Origin: Escherichia coli
GTDB lineage: Bacteria > Pseudomonadota > Gammaproteobacteria > Enterobacterales > Enterobacteriaceae
Length of the DNA: 64,000 nt
Direction: 5' to 3' (one strand)
NCBI RefSeq assembly: GCF_030384885.1
Contig: NZ_CP128613.1
Below, one piece after another: positions 51,899 through 62,774 of the stretch (the first letter of the stretch is position 1; each line of letters starts with the position of its first letter). Under the pieces are notes generated by a model that saw nothing but the letters and a program-made list of their open reading frames with translations, was not told where the DNA came from and did not search any database. The position numbers and the translations under genes were made by a program.

Positions 51899-52582
51899 TT
51901 ATTTTTTGTTTTTTCGCTGCCGGGTTTCAGCAGGTTGAACAGTGTCGAACTGGAGATTAGCCATATTGATGGACAACTTCAGATACTTCAGGTTATTAGG
52001 TGAAACGCCTTTTAATGTCAGATTAATGTCTTGCCATTGACCTGGCATTAATTGCAGGGTGGAGTTCATGGTGGTGTTGAACAGCAGTCGCTGCCACTTT
52101 GCCAGCGCTTTGGCATCGGTGGGTCTTTCATTGCCCCATGTGGCTTGAAAGCCAATATTTGATACGGGAACGCTTAATAGGTTGACCAGCGAAATACGAA
52201 TAACGCTGCCATTTTCAACCGCATCAATAGCCAGCACCCGGCCTGCCAAACCAACCGAGCCATTGTTTAAAATGAAGTATTTTGTTTGTGCTGGGTTAAA
52301 TTCGGTGAAGACAAATTCGTCCTGTTTGTCTTTGACTGCCTTTACTACACCCGCCAGCACTTTAGTGGTGTTTGCAATATTAATTTGTTGATTTTCAATA
52401 ATTTCTATTTTTCTTTTATATTGTTCTTGTTCTTTTTCAAGAATCTCTATTTTACTTTTTTGCAATTCTTGCTGTTTGACAAGATCGTCGATCAGATTCG
52501 CTTTCTCAATATAGTCACACCCAGTCAATACCCAGAGTGGCAATGTTATCAACATGCTTAATAGTGCTTTTTTGATGCTCAT
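51899..52582 (-). CDS. SadB-like lipoprotein encoded upstream of the adhesin
   Basis: 227-aa ORF with a lipobox (LTGC) after the signal peptide, a coiled-coil segment (QQELQKSKIEILEKEQEQYKRKIEIIENQQ) and a C-terminal domain; only 43 nt from the adhesin start on the same strand. Confidence 0.75.
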   Translation of the reverse strand: MSIKKALLSMLITLPLWVLTGCDYIEKANLIDDLVKQQELQKSKIEILEKEQEQYKRKIEIIENQQINIANTTKVLAGVVKAVKDKQDEFVFTEFNPAQTKYFILNNGSVGLAGRVLAIDAVENGSVIRISLVNLLSVPVSNIGFQATWGNERPTDAKALAKWQRLLFNTTMNSTLQLMPGQWQDINLTLKGVSPNNLKYLKLSINMANLQFDTVQPAETRQRKNKK

Positions 52583-53155
52583 AGGGTGAATTCCTTTTCA
52601 TGATCCCGATACGTTAACTGTTACGGCGTAATCATCCTTTTTATGAATGATTCGAGTGGAAAATATACGCTATATAAATTTATAAGAGACTTTTTCTATT
52701 AATTGTTGTATTAATTGGTAGTGCGAACATGACATTAAATGTCAGACAATTTCAGATTGTAGCCAATAATATTAATCGCGCGGATTTTAATGATCGATGT
52801 CAATCAATGTCAAATGTTTCACCGGATGAAAACACCGACCAGGAGAAATATTAATATTCAGCATGGTGATGTTTTCTTGGGAAGTGTGTGATTCTGAGCG
52901 ATAAATATAAATAATTAATGGCTGTTACAGGCATTAATGTGCATTAATTCATTGTTATCGCTTATATATCACTTTTTTATTCCATACCATAATTTCAGAA
53001 TTTAGCCTGTAATATGCGCTTCAAAGAGCCGGTGAGATGGAAGCAATAGTGATAAGAATGTTAAAGATATCCGATATCTGGTATCAGGCTCCTGCATGTG
53101 CCAGCAGGAGCGAGTAAATCGTGAGAGGCTGTGATTACAGCGGTGAGACAGGTAC

Positions 53156-53518
53156 TTAAAATGCGGTCTTAGAGAATCCGGTCATCTCTTGCAGGCCCAT
53201 TTCACGGCCCAGCGCGGTCATCGGATGCACAACTACCAGTCCGCGAACACTTTTCTTCAGCTTGCCCATATCAGCCTGCTCTTTTTTGGTAATCGCGCGC
53301 TGGAAGGGCATTTTCATCAGTTTTTGCGCTTCTTTACTGAGTTTCTGGCTGTGAACTTCACGCAGGCGAGCAATTTCGGCTTCCAGCGTGGCTTTTTCTT
53401 TTTCCAGTTCGGCATATTTATCTGCGGCTTCAACCAGTGACAGGTCAGCCTGCTGATGGCGGATAGCGTCCAGGCGATCGCTGAGACGTTTGATTTCGTT
53501 TTTTTCGACTTCTTTCAT
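53156..53518 (-). CDS. yibL: YibL (DUF2810, ribosome-associated protein)
   Basis: 120-aa [58 protein letters not shown]... Confidence 0.93.
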
Positions 53519-53801
53519 GTGATGACTTCTGATAGAGATAAATTTATAGCCTCTAGTATGCGCGACCAGGTGCTTTGTTCACAACAGATGGCATTGTAAT
53601 AGTTCCAGATTGTAACCATTAATGTGTTTGAAAATCACCCAATCTATTGATTAATTAGGAAATTTAAAGAAAAAAGATAGACAACAGAAGAGGATCATTA
53701 TTGAGGATTGAGCACGTTTTCCTTAATGTCATTTAGACCGGGATCTAAACTAAAATTGGCGGCCGCGCATTCCCGGCGCGGGGTAATACGGAGATATCAT
53801 C

Positions 53802-54011
53802 ATGGGCAAATTAGGTGAAAACGTTCCGCTTCTTATCGATAAAGCTGTAGATTTCATGGCATCGAGCCAGGCGTTCCGGGAGTATCTGAAAAAACTTCCT
53901 CCCCGCAATGCGATTCCATCCGGAATACCTGATGAAAGCGTGCCGTTATATCTACAACGTCTGGAGTATTATCGTCGGCTTTATCGGCCGAAACAGGTAG
54001 AGGAGAAGTAA
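53802..54011 (+). CDS. yibT: Small protein YibT
   Basis: 69-aa [37 protein letters not shown]... in the yibL-mtlR gap, where yibT lies in K-12. Confidence 0.75.
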   Translation: MGKLGENVPLLIDKAVDFMASSQAFREYLKKLPPRNAIPSGIPDESVPLYLQRLEYYRRLYRPKQVEEK

Positions 54012-54021
54012 GCGAAAGTAC

Positions 54022-54609
54022 TTACTTTTGAAAGGCTTTTTTTAAGCTGATTTTGGAAATCAGCTCTGTCAGTGAAAGGACCATTGTTGATCGCACAGCC
54101 TGTTGGTAACGCTGAATTTGCATTGCATACAAACTGGAGTCTGCGGGTTCAAACTGTGGCGGCGGTGGTAACGCCGCCACACAGTGCAGCTCACCAAAGG
54201 GGCCAAGAATTTCGTCGTCGGTAAAGGCGTACTCATTGCCGTCGTGATTTAGTTCTTCACGCAATGCCATCAGCAGTTCCGCATCTTCATATTCATGGCG
54301 GTTAATGACACCCAACCCGTAAATGAGTTTTAAACGCACAGAAAGATCGCCCAGCGGGCCATCGCCGTCGAGTAACGGTTCTACAGCATACTTCACCGCG
54401 TAATCGTCTTTGCGGAATACCTGAAGCACCAGAAGATTTACCGCCTCGGTCAAAAGCTCGACGGCGGTAATCAGAAAGCTTCGCACGGTTTTGCCAGCAT
54501 TCAGACGCTCAAGCACACGGTTTTCAAAGGCCTGGGTTTGTTCCATTGTTGCCTGCATATCTGACAATCTGTTATTCGGGCGCAGGGAGTCCTGCGCCTG
54601 GTCCACCAT
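54022..54609 (-). CDS. mtlR: Mannitol operon repressor MtlR
   Basis: 195-aa [56 protein letters not shown]... Confidence 0.96.
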   Translation of the reverse strand: MVDQAQDSLRPNNRLSDMQATMEQTQAFENRVLERLNAGKTVRSFLITAVELLTEAVNLLVLQVFRKDDYAVKYAVEPLLDGDGPLGDLSVRLKLIYGLGVINRHEYEDAELLMALREELNHDGNEYAFTDDEILGPFGELHCVAALPPPPQFEPADSSLYAMQIQRYQQAVRSTMVLSLTELISKISLKKAFQK

Positions 54610-55757
54610 TATTGCATTGCTTTATAAGCGGTTACCGCCTCGGATACAACCTCGCTGTTTGCATCAAGGCCAGAAATCTGCGCCAGTGCGGCTTGCGGGC
54701 CTTTGTTGGCGATCAGTGCTGCCAGTTCCTGAGCCTGCGGATCATCTTCACTGCGGAAGTGCATTGCAGCGGCAATACCTTCAATCAGGTTTTTATGTGG
54801 CAGACCATATTCCAGCGTTCCGAGCAGTGGCTTGATCAGACGGTCGCCAGCACTCAGTTTACGCAGCGGCTGACGGCCTACGCGCTCTACATCGTCTTTC
54901 AGATACGGGTTCTCAAAACGACCAAGGATTTTCTGGATGTACGCCGCATGTTTGTCCGCGTCAAAACCGTAACGCTTAATCAGTACAGCGCCACTTTCTT
55001 CCATCGCCCCTTTTACTACCGCGCGGATTTTCTCGTCGAGAATTGCGTCACGAATGGTCTGATGACCTGCCAGTTTTCCGAGGTACGCGGTTATAGCATG
55101 ACCTGTATTCAGGGTGAAGAGTTTACGCTCAACAAATGCCATCAGGTTGTCGGTTAACTCCATGCCTGGGATGTTCGGCAGTGCACCTTTGAACTGGGTT
55201 TTATCGACAATCCATTCGCTGAAGGTTTCGACTGTCACTTCCAGCGGATCGTTCGTTGCCGAAGCGGAAGGCGGTACGATGCGGTCAACGGCGGAATCCA
55301 CAAAGCCAACGTGTTCTTCTACCCACGCTTTGGCGTCTTCTGGCAGGGCGTTCATCACATGGCCTTTCAGTTGCGTGGTGCCGCGTACCATGTTTTCACA
55401 GGCGATAATGTTCAGTGGGGATTCATTACCTTGTTCTTCACGTTTCACCAGCCCTTTGGCGATTGCCGGAGCAATACGTTCCAGCACAACCGGGCCCACG
55501 GCGGTAGTGACTAAATCAACCTGAGCAATCAGATCAACGACATCATCACCAATGCTGCTGACAGCATTGACGCCAGAAACGGTATCTACCTGCTCGGTTT
55601 CACCGACCACATGAACCTGATAGCTATGACGGGCATTCAGGGCATCAAGTACCACCTGATTGACATCGGCAAACGTCAGTTGGATACCCGCGTCTGCCAG
55701 CAGTTTACCGATAAAGCCACGACCGATATTACCTGCGCCAAAATGTAATGCTTTCAT
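54609..55757 (-). CDS. mtlD: Mannitol-1-phosphate 5-dehydrogenase
   Basis: 382 aa from [34 protein letters not shown]...; the ORF track reads 88 codons upstream through the REP region; the ATG at 55755..55757 was checked. Confidence 0.96.
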   Translation of the reverse strand: MKALHFGAGNIGRGFIGKLLADAGIQLTFADVNQVVLDALNARHSYQVHVVGETEQVDTVSGVNAVSSIGDDVVDLIAQVDLVTTAVGPVVLERIAPAIAKGLVKREEQGNESPLNIIACENMVRGTTQLKGHVMNALPEDAKAWVEEHVGFVDSAVDRIVPPSASATNDPLEVTVETFSEWIVDKTQFKGALPNIPGMELTDNLMAFVERKLFTLNTGHAITAYLGKLAGHQTIRDAILDEKIRAVVKGAMEESGAVLIKRYGFDADKHAAYIQKILGRFENPYLKDDVERVGRQPLRKLSAGDRLIKPLLGTLEYGLPHKNLIEGIAAAMHFRSEDDPQAQELAALIANKGPQAALAQISGLDANSEVVSEAVTAYKAMQ

Positions 55758-55789
55758 AGTATTAACCTTCATCAATGTTTTTACCCGAG

Positions 55790-55980
55790 AGGGCTGGGGT
55801 GAGGCTTTTCCCTCACCCAAACCCTCTCCATGTGGAGAGGAGCCGCGCCGGATGCGGCGCAAACGCCTTATCCGGCCTACAAGAACGTGCAAATTCAACA
55901 AATTGTGCTTTGTTTTGTAGGCCTGATAAGCGTAGCGCATCAGGCAATTAGCCCCACCGTCTCCATGTGGAGAGAGTGGG
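55790..55980. repeat. REP/BIME cluster in the mtlA-mtlD intergenic region
   Basis: gccggatgcggcgcaaacgccttatccggcctacaag ... tgtaggcctgataagcgtagcgcatcaggc, plus ccctctccatgtggagag palindromes. Confidence 0.85.
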
Positions 55981-55986
55981 GTTGGA

Positions 55987-57900
55987 TTACTTACGACCTG
56001 CCAGCAGTTCCAGTACTTCATCTACGCTGGTGGTGTGCGCCAGACGCTCGATGACGGACTCATCATCCAGTGCGTTGGTCAGGCTGGTGATCACCTGAAT
56101 GTGCTCGTTGTTACGGGCAGCAATACCAATCACCAGGCGGGCAATGTCATCTTCTTCTTCACCGAAGCGCACGCCTTCCGGGTACTGGCAGAACACCACG
56201 CCCGTTTTCAGTACGCGATCTTTCGCTTCAACCGTACCGTGCGGTACCGCGATGGACTCACCCAGATAAGTCGGGGTCAGTTTTTCACGATCCAGCATTG
56301 CCTGAACGTATTCCGGCTCAACGTAACCACCTTTCACCAGCTGCTCGCCAGCAAAACGAATCGCTTCTTCTTTGGTGGCCGCTTTGCGACCGAGGAAGAT
56401 GTTTTCCGCACCCAGTTTGAAGAGGTTAGCACTGGAATCGTCAAAGCTGTCTTTCAGACTGTCTTTCACTTTTACTTCGTTTTCAGTATGGCGCTGGGCA
56501 GCAACCAGACGTTCGGTCAGGCTGGTGTACAGGCCGCTGTCGAGGAAGTTGGTCAGCGAAATATGCTGTGCCTGCGGAACCTGGCGCATAGCGCGTTCGG
56601 TCAGGTCACGGTGAGTGATGACCAGGTCCACATCTGGCGGCAGGTTGTTGATCGCGCTGTTAGTAACAGAAATCTGCGACAGACCTGCATCCTGAATTTT
56701 CTTACGCAGCACACCTGCGCCCATCGCACTGGAACCCATACCGGCATCACAGGCAACGATGATTTTACGGACGTGGCTCAGGTCGTTAGTCACATCGCCC
56801 GCAGACAGCGGAGACGCACCTTTAGACTCAGCTTTCATGTCCTGCATACGACGAGTTGCTGCTTCAATATCATCTTCATCTTTCACTTTGCTGGTTTTCA
56901 GCAGAATGGCAGAGACAACGAAGGAGACTGCCATCGCCGCACACACACCCGCGATGTTAGCGAAGTAAGCACCTTTTGGCGTCATCGCCAGTACCGCAAG
57001 GATAGAGCCCGGAGATGCCGGAGAAACCAGACCACCGCCCAGGATAGTCAGCGTGAACACGCCAGTCATACCGCCGAGGATAACGGCCAGAATCAGACGC
57101 GGATTCATCAGCACATACGGGAAGTAGATTTCGTGGATACCCCCCAGGAAGTGAATGATTGCCGCACCGCCCGCAGACTGTTTAGCGCTACCACGGCCAA
57201 AGAACATGTACGCCAGCAGAACACCCATACCCGGACCTGGGTTAGCTTCAATCAGGAAGAAGATGGATTTACCCAGTTCATGGGACTGCTGAATACCCAG
57301 CGGCGAGAAGATACCGTGGTTAATGGCGTTGTTGAGGAACAGGATTTTCGCCGGTTCAACAAAGATAGACGCCAGCGGCAGCATGTCATGGACAACCATG
57401 AAGTTAACGCCCGCAGCCAGCATTTTGGACAGGGCTTCAACAATTGGGCCAATGCCGAGGAACGCCAGAATAGCGAGGATCATCCCGATGATGCCAGCGG
57501 AGAAGTTATTCACCAGCATCTCAAAACCGGATTTGATCTTACCGTCTACCCAGCGGTCGAAGTGCTTAATGCACCAGCCGCCCAGCGGACCTGCAATCAT
57601 AGAACCGAGGAACATCGGCATATCTGCGCCGACGATAACGCCCATTGTGGTGATGGCACCGACTACGCCGCCACGTTCGCCGCCTACCAGCTTACCACCG
57701 GTATAACCGATCAGTAGTGGCAGGAGATAAGTGATCATCGGCCCGACCAGCTTCGCCAGCGTTTCGTTCGGTAACCACCCTGTTGGAATAAATAATGCGG
57801 TGATAATACCCCACGCGATAAACGCGCCGATATTTGGCATCACCATGTTGCTGAGGAAACGACCAAAGCTTTGCACTTTGATCTTAATATCGGATGACAT
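55987..57900 (-). CDS. mtlA: PTS mannitol-specific EIICBA component
   Basis: 637-aa [40 protein letters not shown]... Confidence 0.98.
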   Translation of the reverse strand: MSSDIKIKVQSFGRFLSNMVMPNIGAFIAWGIITALFIPTGWLPNETLAKLVGPMITYLLPLLIGYTGGKLVGGERGGVVGAITTMGVIVGADMPMFLGSMIAGPLGGWCIKHFDRWVDGKIKSGFEMLVNNFSAGIIGMILAILAFLGIGPIVEALSKMLAAGVNFMVVHDMLPLASIFVEPAKILFLNNAINHGIFSPLGIQQSHELGKSIFFLIEANPGPGMGVLLAYMFFGRGSAKQSAGGAAIIHFLGGIHEIYFPYVLMNPRLILAVILGGMTGVFTLTILGGGLVSPASPGSILAVLAMTPKGAYFANIAGVCAAMAVSFVVSAILLKTSKVKDEDDIEAATRRMQDMKAESKGASPLSAGDVTNDLSHVRKIIVACDAGMGSSAMGAGVLRKKIQDAGLSQISVTNSAINNLPPDVDLVITHRDLTERAMRQVPQAQHISLTNFLDSGLYTSLTERLVAAQRHTENEVKVKDSLKDSFDDSSANLFKLGAENIFLGRKAATKEEAIRFAGEQLVKGGYVEPEYVQAMLDREKLTPTYLGESIAVPHGTVEAKDRVLKTGVVFCQYPEGVRFGEEEDDIARLVIGIAARNNEHIQVITSLTNALDDESVIERLAHTTSVDEVLELLAGRK

Positions 57901-58039
57901 AAAAACACCCCTTCTTATGTTTGCTGTCGCGCAGGCTGGAAGCCCGAGGTTTTTTGTTAATGTGGCGGCAGAGGTAGCCGGACCTTGTGGATAGTGCGAA
58001 ATCTGGCACTGAATCGGTTAACTGTCCAGTCGACGGCTT

Positions 58040-58265
58040 TTTGTGTGATATGAATCACATAAATATAGGGGGTAGAGAGGTAATTGACGTGATATACATC
58101 ACAAAATACTTGTGTAAAAAAGCAACAAGACGACGATTTTCGCTAAAAATGGCATTTAAATGTGAGTAATGTCACATTTTTGTTTTGTTAGTTTGTTGAA
58201 TCTTTGTGATCTGAATCACAAGATATTTTCTTACGGCGTTCACCTGATGTGATCTGCAGCATGTT
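58040..58265. promoter_or_regulatory. mtl promoter region with clustered CRP-binding sites
   Basis: TGTGA-N6-TCACA matches at 58044..58059 (tgtgatatgaatcaca), 58089..58104 (gtgatatacatcacaa) and 58205..58220 (tgtgatctgaatcaca), plus a half-site at ~58248. Confidence 0.85.
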
Positions 58266-58436
58266 ATGCCTTCGTCATAAAATCGTTATGTAACTAAGCA
58301 ACTCATAACCTCTAAAAATTATTCTTTGGTGTTATGGCGAGAATCGCGAACCCGAATTATTGTCAAAATATCAGCCTGACTCCCTTCTGGCTGCCAGCCA
58401 AAAAACAACACCGATAAACGTGAATCCGAGGCAGAT

Positions 58437-58799
58437 ATGTTTCTAAACTATTTCGCGTTGGGAGTGCTGATCTTCGTCTTTCTGGTGATTTTTTATGGAA
58501 TCATCGCGATACATGACATCCCTTATCTGATTGCCAAAAAGCGCAATCACCCCCATGCCGACGCTATTCATACGGCGGGCTGGGTGAGCCTGTTTACTCT
58601 GCATGTTATCTGGCCGTTCCTGTGGATCTGGGCGACGCTCTATCAACCGGAGCGTGGCTGGGGTATGCAGTCACATGTTGCGTCGCAGGAGAAAGCGACT
58701 GACCCGGAAATCGCCGCACTTTCTGACCGAATTTCCCGGCTGGAGCATCAACTCGCCGCCGAGAAAAAGACTGACTATTCCACGTTCCCGGAGATCTAA
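58437..58799 (+). CDS. yibI: DUF3302 inner membrane protein YibI
   Basis: 120-aa [48 protein letters not shown]... Confidence 0.92.
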   Translation: MFLNYFALGVLIFVFLVIFYGIIAIHDIPYLIAKKRNHPHADAIHTAGWVSLFTLHVIWPFLWIWATLYQPERGWGMQSHVASQEKATDPEIAALSDRISRLEHQLAAEKKTDYSTFPEI

Positions 58800-58801
58800 A
58801 T

Positions 58802-59938
58802 ATGGATCTATTGATTGTTTTAACTTACGTGGCGCTGGCGTGGGCGGTCTTTAAAATCTTCCGCATTCCGGTAAATCAGTGGACGCTGGCGACGGCGGCG
58901 CTGGGAGGCGTGTTTCTGGTGAGTGGTTTGATTTTGTTGATGAACTACAACCACCCTTACACTTTTACCGCACAGAAAGCGGTGATTGCTATTCCCATCA
59001 CGCCACAGGTGACGGGGATCGTGACTGAAGTCACTGACAAGAATAATCAGCTTATTCAGAAGGGCGAGGTGCTTTTTAAGCTCGACCCGGTACGTTATCA
59101 GGCGCGAGTCGACAGGCTTCAGGCTGACCTGATGACGGCGACGCATAATATAAAGACACTGCGCGCGCAGCTCACTGAAGCGCAAGCCAATACCACCCAG
59201 GTTTCAGCGGAGCGTGACCGCTTGTTTAAAAATTATCAACGTTACCTGAAAGGCAGCCAGGCGGCGGTAAATCCGTTCTCGGAACGTGACATCGACGATG
59301 CGCGGCAAAACTTCCTCGCGCAGGATGCGCTGGTGAAAGGTTCGGTGGCGGAACAGGCGCAAATCCAGAGCCAGCTCGACAGTATGGTTAACGGTGAGCA
59401 GTCGCAGATTGTCAGCTTAAGGGCGCAGCTTACTGAAGCAAAATATAACCTTGAGCAGACCGTCATTCGCGCGCCGAGCAATGGCTACGTTACTCAGGTA
59501 CTGATCCGCCCAGGTACATACGCAGCTGCCTTGCCGCTACGTCCGGTGATGGTTTTCATCCCCGAGCAAAAACGGCAAATTGTCGCCCAATTTCGGCAGA
59601 ACTCGCTGTTACGTCTGAAACCCGGCGATGATGCGGAAGTGGTGTTTAACGCGCTACCTGGGCAGGTGTTCCACGGCAAACTGACTAGTATTTTACCTGT
59701 CGTGCCAGGCGGTTCGTATCAGGCGCAGGGGGTACTGCAATCATTAACGGTCGTACCCGGCACGGACGGTGTGCTGGGAACCATCGAACTGGACCCTAAC
59801 GATGATATCGATGCCTTACCCGACGGCATCTACGCCCAGGTGGCAGTTTACTCCGACCATTTCAGCCATGTTTCGGTGATGCGGAAGGTGCTGCTAAGAA
59901 TGACCAGTTGGATGCATTATCTTTATTTGGATCATTGA
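58802..59938 (+). CDS. yibH: HlyD-family membrane fusion protein YibH
   Basis: 378-aa ORF with an N-terminal TM helix and coiled coils, adjacent to yibI. Confidence 0.92.
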   Translation: MDLLIVLTYVALAWAVFKIFRIPVNQWTLATAALGGVFLVSGLILLMNYNHPYTFTAQKAVIAIPITPQVTGIVTEVTDKNNQLIQKGEVLFKLDPVRYQARVDRLQADLMTATHNIKTLRAQLTEAQANTTQVSAERDRLFKNYQRYLKGSQAAVNPFSERDIDDARQNFLAQDALVKGSVAEQAQIQSQLDSMVNGEQSQIVSLRAQLTEAKYNLEQTVIRAPSNGYVTQVLIRPGTYAAALPLRPVMVFIPEQKRQIVAQFRQNSLLRLKPGDDAEVVFNALPGQVFHGKLTSILPVVPGGSYQAQGVLQSLTVVPGTDGVLGTIELDPNDDIDALPDGIYAQVAVYSDHFSHVSVMRKVLLRMTSWMHYLYLDH

Positions 59939-60395
59939 GGGGGGCGGGGGAGATTATGGAACTTTGCTCCCTGCAAGGACTAATTATTTTTGCATATTAT
60001 TTCATCGGCTGTGATGATTTTTCGTTAATATCCATTATGTTAAGAAGTTCGGGATGAGTGTGAACTCATTGGATTTTTTATCCGTCTTGATCTGCCGAAG
60101 GATCAGACTATACATTGTCGAGATCGCAATGATGATATGAGTTGTTCCTCTGCCACGACTCTAATCAAAAAAGAGCAGGAGTGCTTTTCCATCTATTGCG
60201 ATGATGGCTTTATTATCTGAAGGATGACAATCACATTTAAAAATATATAATTTATAGATCACAATATAGGTTCATGGAATATATGTATACAACTATTTTT
60301 CTCTTCACTTTTAATTATCGCATTCATTATAACACTAAGTTAAAAAAACTCCTGGAGAGTGAGTTATTAATATATTTTTAAATATAATTAAGTTA

Positions 60396-60917
60396 TTATT
60401 CATCGATGCATTTTATAGAATCATCAATGGCTACAATAGTACTATTAACTCTCCAATTTATATTTTTATTATCATTGCAAATATTAACTGAATCTATATC
60501 AATGATTTTTCTATTTTTATCTTTTATTTTATTTACAGTTTCAATGCAATCAGCGACAAGTTGGTGTGGATTTAGATTCTTCAGATATGGTCTTATGATC
60601 TTTCCCTTGCTTAATAAATAGCATGTATAGGATTCGGAAAGTCCAGCATCTATTTTGTACATCATTATTCTAGATAAGGATGTGAGAAATGCCTTGTTAT
60701 CATTAGCAGCCATATATGCCAGTCCGAGTTCAGCCTCTGCGGCTTTACATGAAAAATAGCTAAATGAACACGCTTTTCGTCCCTCTTGGGTACTGGCTGA
60801 TATTAGTGCCCATAATATTGCCTTGTCTGCCAAATCCAACTCTCTCTGAAATTGGTTTACAGTAACTGCATTCGCAGAAATAGAGAAAAAAAGCACAATT
60901 GTTAATAACCTTGCCAT
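60396..60917 (-). CDS. Putative secreted immunity protein for the orphan Rhs toxin tip
   Basis: 173-aa, very AT-rich ORF starting 4 nt after the stop of the orphan rhs fragment; N-terminal signal peptide (MARLLTIVLFFSISANA); immunity role inferred from position. Confidence 0.6.
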   Translation of the reverse strand: MARLLTIVLFFSISANAVTVNQFQRELDLADKAILWALISASTQEGRKACSFSYFSCKAAEAELGLAYMAANDNKAFLTSLSRIMMYKIDAGLSESYTCYLLSKGKIIRPYLKNLNPHQLVADCIETVNKIKDKNRKIIDIDSVNICNDNKNINWRVNSTIVAIDDSIKCIDE

Positions 60918-60921
60918 ATTT

Positions 60922-62334
60922 CTAGTCCGTCACTGTTAATGTGCTATCTGGCTCTGAAAATATTAGCCCATTTAATTTTTGCATGTCATTAGATGAACCA
61001 GTTATACAACCCTCGGAACAGAATCGAGGTCCTAAAGATGGACCAAAAGCGTTTAAACAACTATGTGTTAAAAATCCATCACGATTATACGTTTCTGTAT
61101 TTGCTGACGGTACTAAACGTATACCATTAGGTTTTCTATTAGTTGCTCCAGGACCATTAACATTCCAGGTCCATACCCCTTGAGGTATTGGGCCTCTATT
61201 TTGTAAGTGTGTACAACCAGGATTATTTTTACATTGCATATTATTACCATTATTACCAGAGGCGACTGAAATAGTAAGCACACCATAAGAATTATCATCA
61301 CTTGGCGTATCTGAAACGCATGAAAGCATACCTAAAGTTATGCTGTATAAACAGGTCGCTAATCCCAACGGGTCAATATCAGTTATCGGATTCAACGGAT
61401 ACTGATAAAAATTCCATCCCCCCTTCAGCCCAATCGGATCCTGAGTGATATACCGCCCCTGCAGCGGGTCATAATAGCGGTGGCGGTTGTAATACAGGCC
61501 GGACTCCTCATCATACTGCTGACCCGGCAGGCGGATGAGCTGCTGCAGCTGGTGCGGGTTCTCTTCATTCAGCAGGTTGCCCCATTCATCATATTCTGCG
61601 TACCACGCTGTTGCCCCTTCCGTGCTGACAAGCGCCAGCGGCAGGCCGCGATGGTCGCAGTGGTACAGGTGGATTTTTCGCGCCGGCGTGTACACCGGGT
61701 CCATCTGGTTTTGCATCTGCTCCACCGTCAGGCCGCACGATGCCAGCCAGCGGCGGCTTTCCTCACTCACCCGGTCAGCCAGGATTTCACTTTCCAGCCG
61801 GTCGAGCATCTGCACCAGCACCGGCGGGAACACCACATGGCCTCCGTCTTCGCCGCCGGACTGCTGAAGGGCATCCGCCAGGCTGCGGCGCTGCGTTTTC
61901 GCCAGCTCACCGGTGGCGGTTTCGACCCTGATGAGTGGCGTGAAACTTCCCGGCAGGTATACCGTCTGGATGCGGGTTCTGTCGTTCTGTATCGTGGTCA
62001 GCCGGTCGCCATCCCAGCCGTACCAGGTCACTTCCGGTTTCCTTGACAGCGACATCCAGCCCGTCAGGTCCCGTTCACGCCGCCACACCCGTTTTGCCAC
62101 CCTGCGGCCCAGCGGGTCGTAAAGATAGCGACTTTCGACCAGCGGCTCTGCATATTGTGTCCGCGTGTAGTGCACCAGCCGGTGCCGGCTGTCGTAATGG
62201 TACCGGTGAGTCCGCTCATCATCCGTGCGGATAACCCCTTCCGGGATGAGGTCGGTTTTCTCCGTCAGCCTGCCGTGACGGTCATACCGGTAAAGATAGT
62301 GCGCGTCACGGGCGATACGGTTATCCGGCCACAT
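60922..62334 (-). CDS. Orphan Rhs C-terminal fragment: core repeats plus alternative toxin tip
   Basis: N-terminal ~320 aa identical to the upstream rhs 3' region (YD-repeat core ending ...[27 protein letters not shown]); followed by a ~145-aa divergent, low-GC C-terminal domain containing THSC...SEGCITG. Confidence 0.85.
   Translation of the reverse strand: MWPDNRIARDAHYLYRYDRHGRLTEKTDLIPEGVIRTDDERTHRYHYDSRHRLVHYTRTQYAEPLVESRYLYDPLGRRVAKRVWRRERDLTGWMSLSRKPEVTWYGWDGDRLTTIQNDRTRIQTVYLPGSFTPLIRVETATGELAKTQRRSLADALQQSGGEDGGHVVFPPVLVQMLDRLESEILADRVSEESRRWLASCGLTVEQMQNQMDPVYTPARKIHLYHCDHRGLPLALVSTEGATAWYAEYDEWGNLLNEENPHQLQQLIRLPGQQYDEESGLYYNRHRYYDPLQGRYITQDPIGLKGGWNFYQYPLNPITDIDPLGLATCLYSITLGMLSCVSDTPSDDNSYGVLTISVASGNNGNNMQCKNNPGCTHLQNRGPIPQGVWTWNVNGPGATNRKPNGIRLVPSANTETYNRDGFLTHSCLNAFGPSLGPRFCSEGCITGSSNDMQKLNGLIFSEPDSTLTVTD
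61385..62133. repeat. Direct repeat copy A (rhs core 3' segment), identical to 63252..64000
   Basis: The identical antisense ORFs 61480..62046 and 63347..63913 (188 aa) and direct base comparison show an offset of 1867 bp; identity runs to the window edge. Confidence 0.9.
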
Positions 62335-62447
62335 GCTGAGGGTGCTGTCCGGGTGCAGCTCCGGGTCGGGCAGGCGGTTACCTGCCGGGTCTGTTGCATA
62401 CGGGATATCAATGCCCAGGTTACATATAATAATAAGAGCAATTAACT

Positions 62448-62774
62448 TTATTTATTTATAATGCGCTTACTTAATACAAACCATTGAATATACCCTCCTG
62501 ACAGAAAATAAAGCCATATTATTATCGCCATAATATACTTGCTATCAATTCTTACGCCAATAATGTCTGAAATACTCCCTATAAATATTAGAGCAATAAA
62601 GAATACTATGCCTGTTGGAAAACATATTACCATCATTCCATAAGACATGAGACTAATTAACTCGCTCACATCACGAGTGGAGTCTAATAGTGAAAGTCTA
62701 TGCATGGAAAAGAATAGCATTAAAAGTGATAACGCCAGCCATATAGCTCTGAATGAAAAAATAATATATTTCAT
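62448..62774 (-). CDS. Putative membrane immunity protein for the primary Rhs toxin tip
   Basis: 108-aa AT-rich ORF with about three hydrophobic helices; its ATG overlaps the rhs TAA stop by 1 nt (TAATG), suggesting translational coupling. Confidence 0.65.
   Translation of the reverse strand: MKYIIFSFRAIWLALSLLMLFFSMHRLSLLDSTRDVSELISLMSYGMMVICFPTGIVFFIALIFIGSISDIIGVRIDSKYIMAIIIWLYFLSGGYIQWFVLSKRIINK

Noticed and set aside
53087-53108. Inverted repeat ctcctgc-N8-gcaggag downstream of yibL as an intrinsic terminator
   Set aside because: No adjacent T-run on the relevant strand; could be a weak or Rho-dependent structure but is not well supported.
56035-57717. 560-aa ORF on the + strand
   Set aside because: Antisense to mtlA; a frame artefact of codon-biased coding sequence.
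59939-60395. AT-rich ~450 bp between yibH and the orphan immunity gene, considered as a possible IS or integrase remnant
   Set aside because: No ORF, no terminal inverted repeats and no recognisable transposase or integrase motif; more likely the 3' flank or junk end of the rhs accessory region.
61480-62046. Identical 188-aa + strand ORFs (also at 63347..63913)
   Set aside because: Antisense to the duplicated Rhs core; their identity simply reflects the direct repeat.
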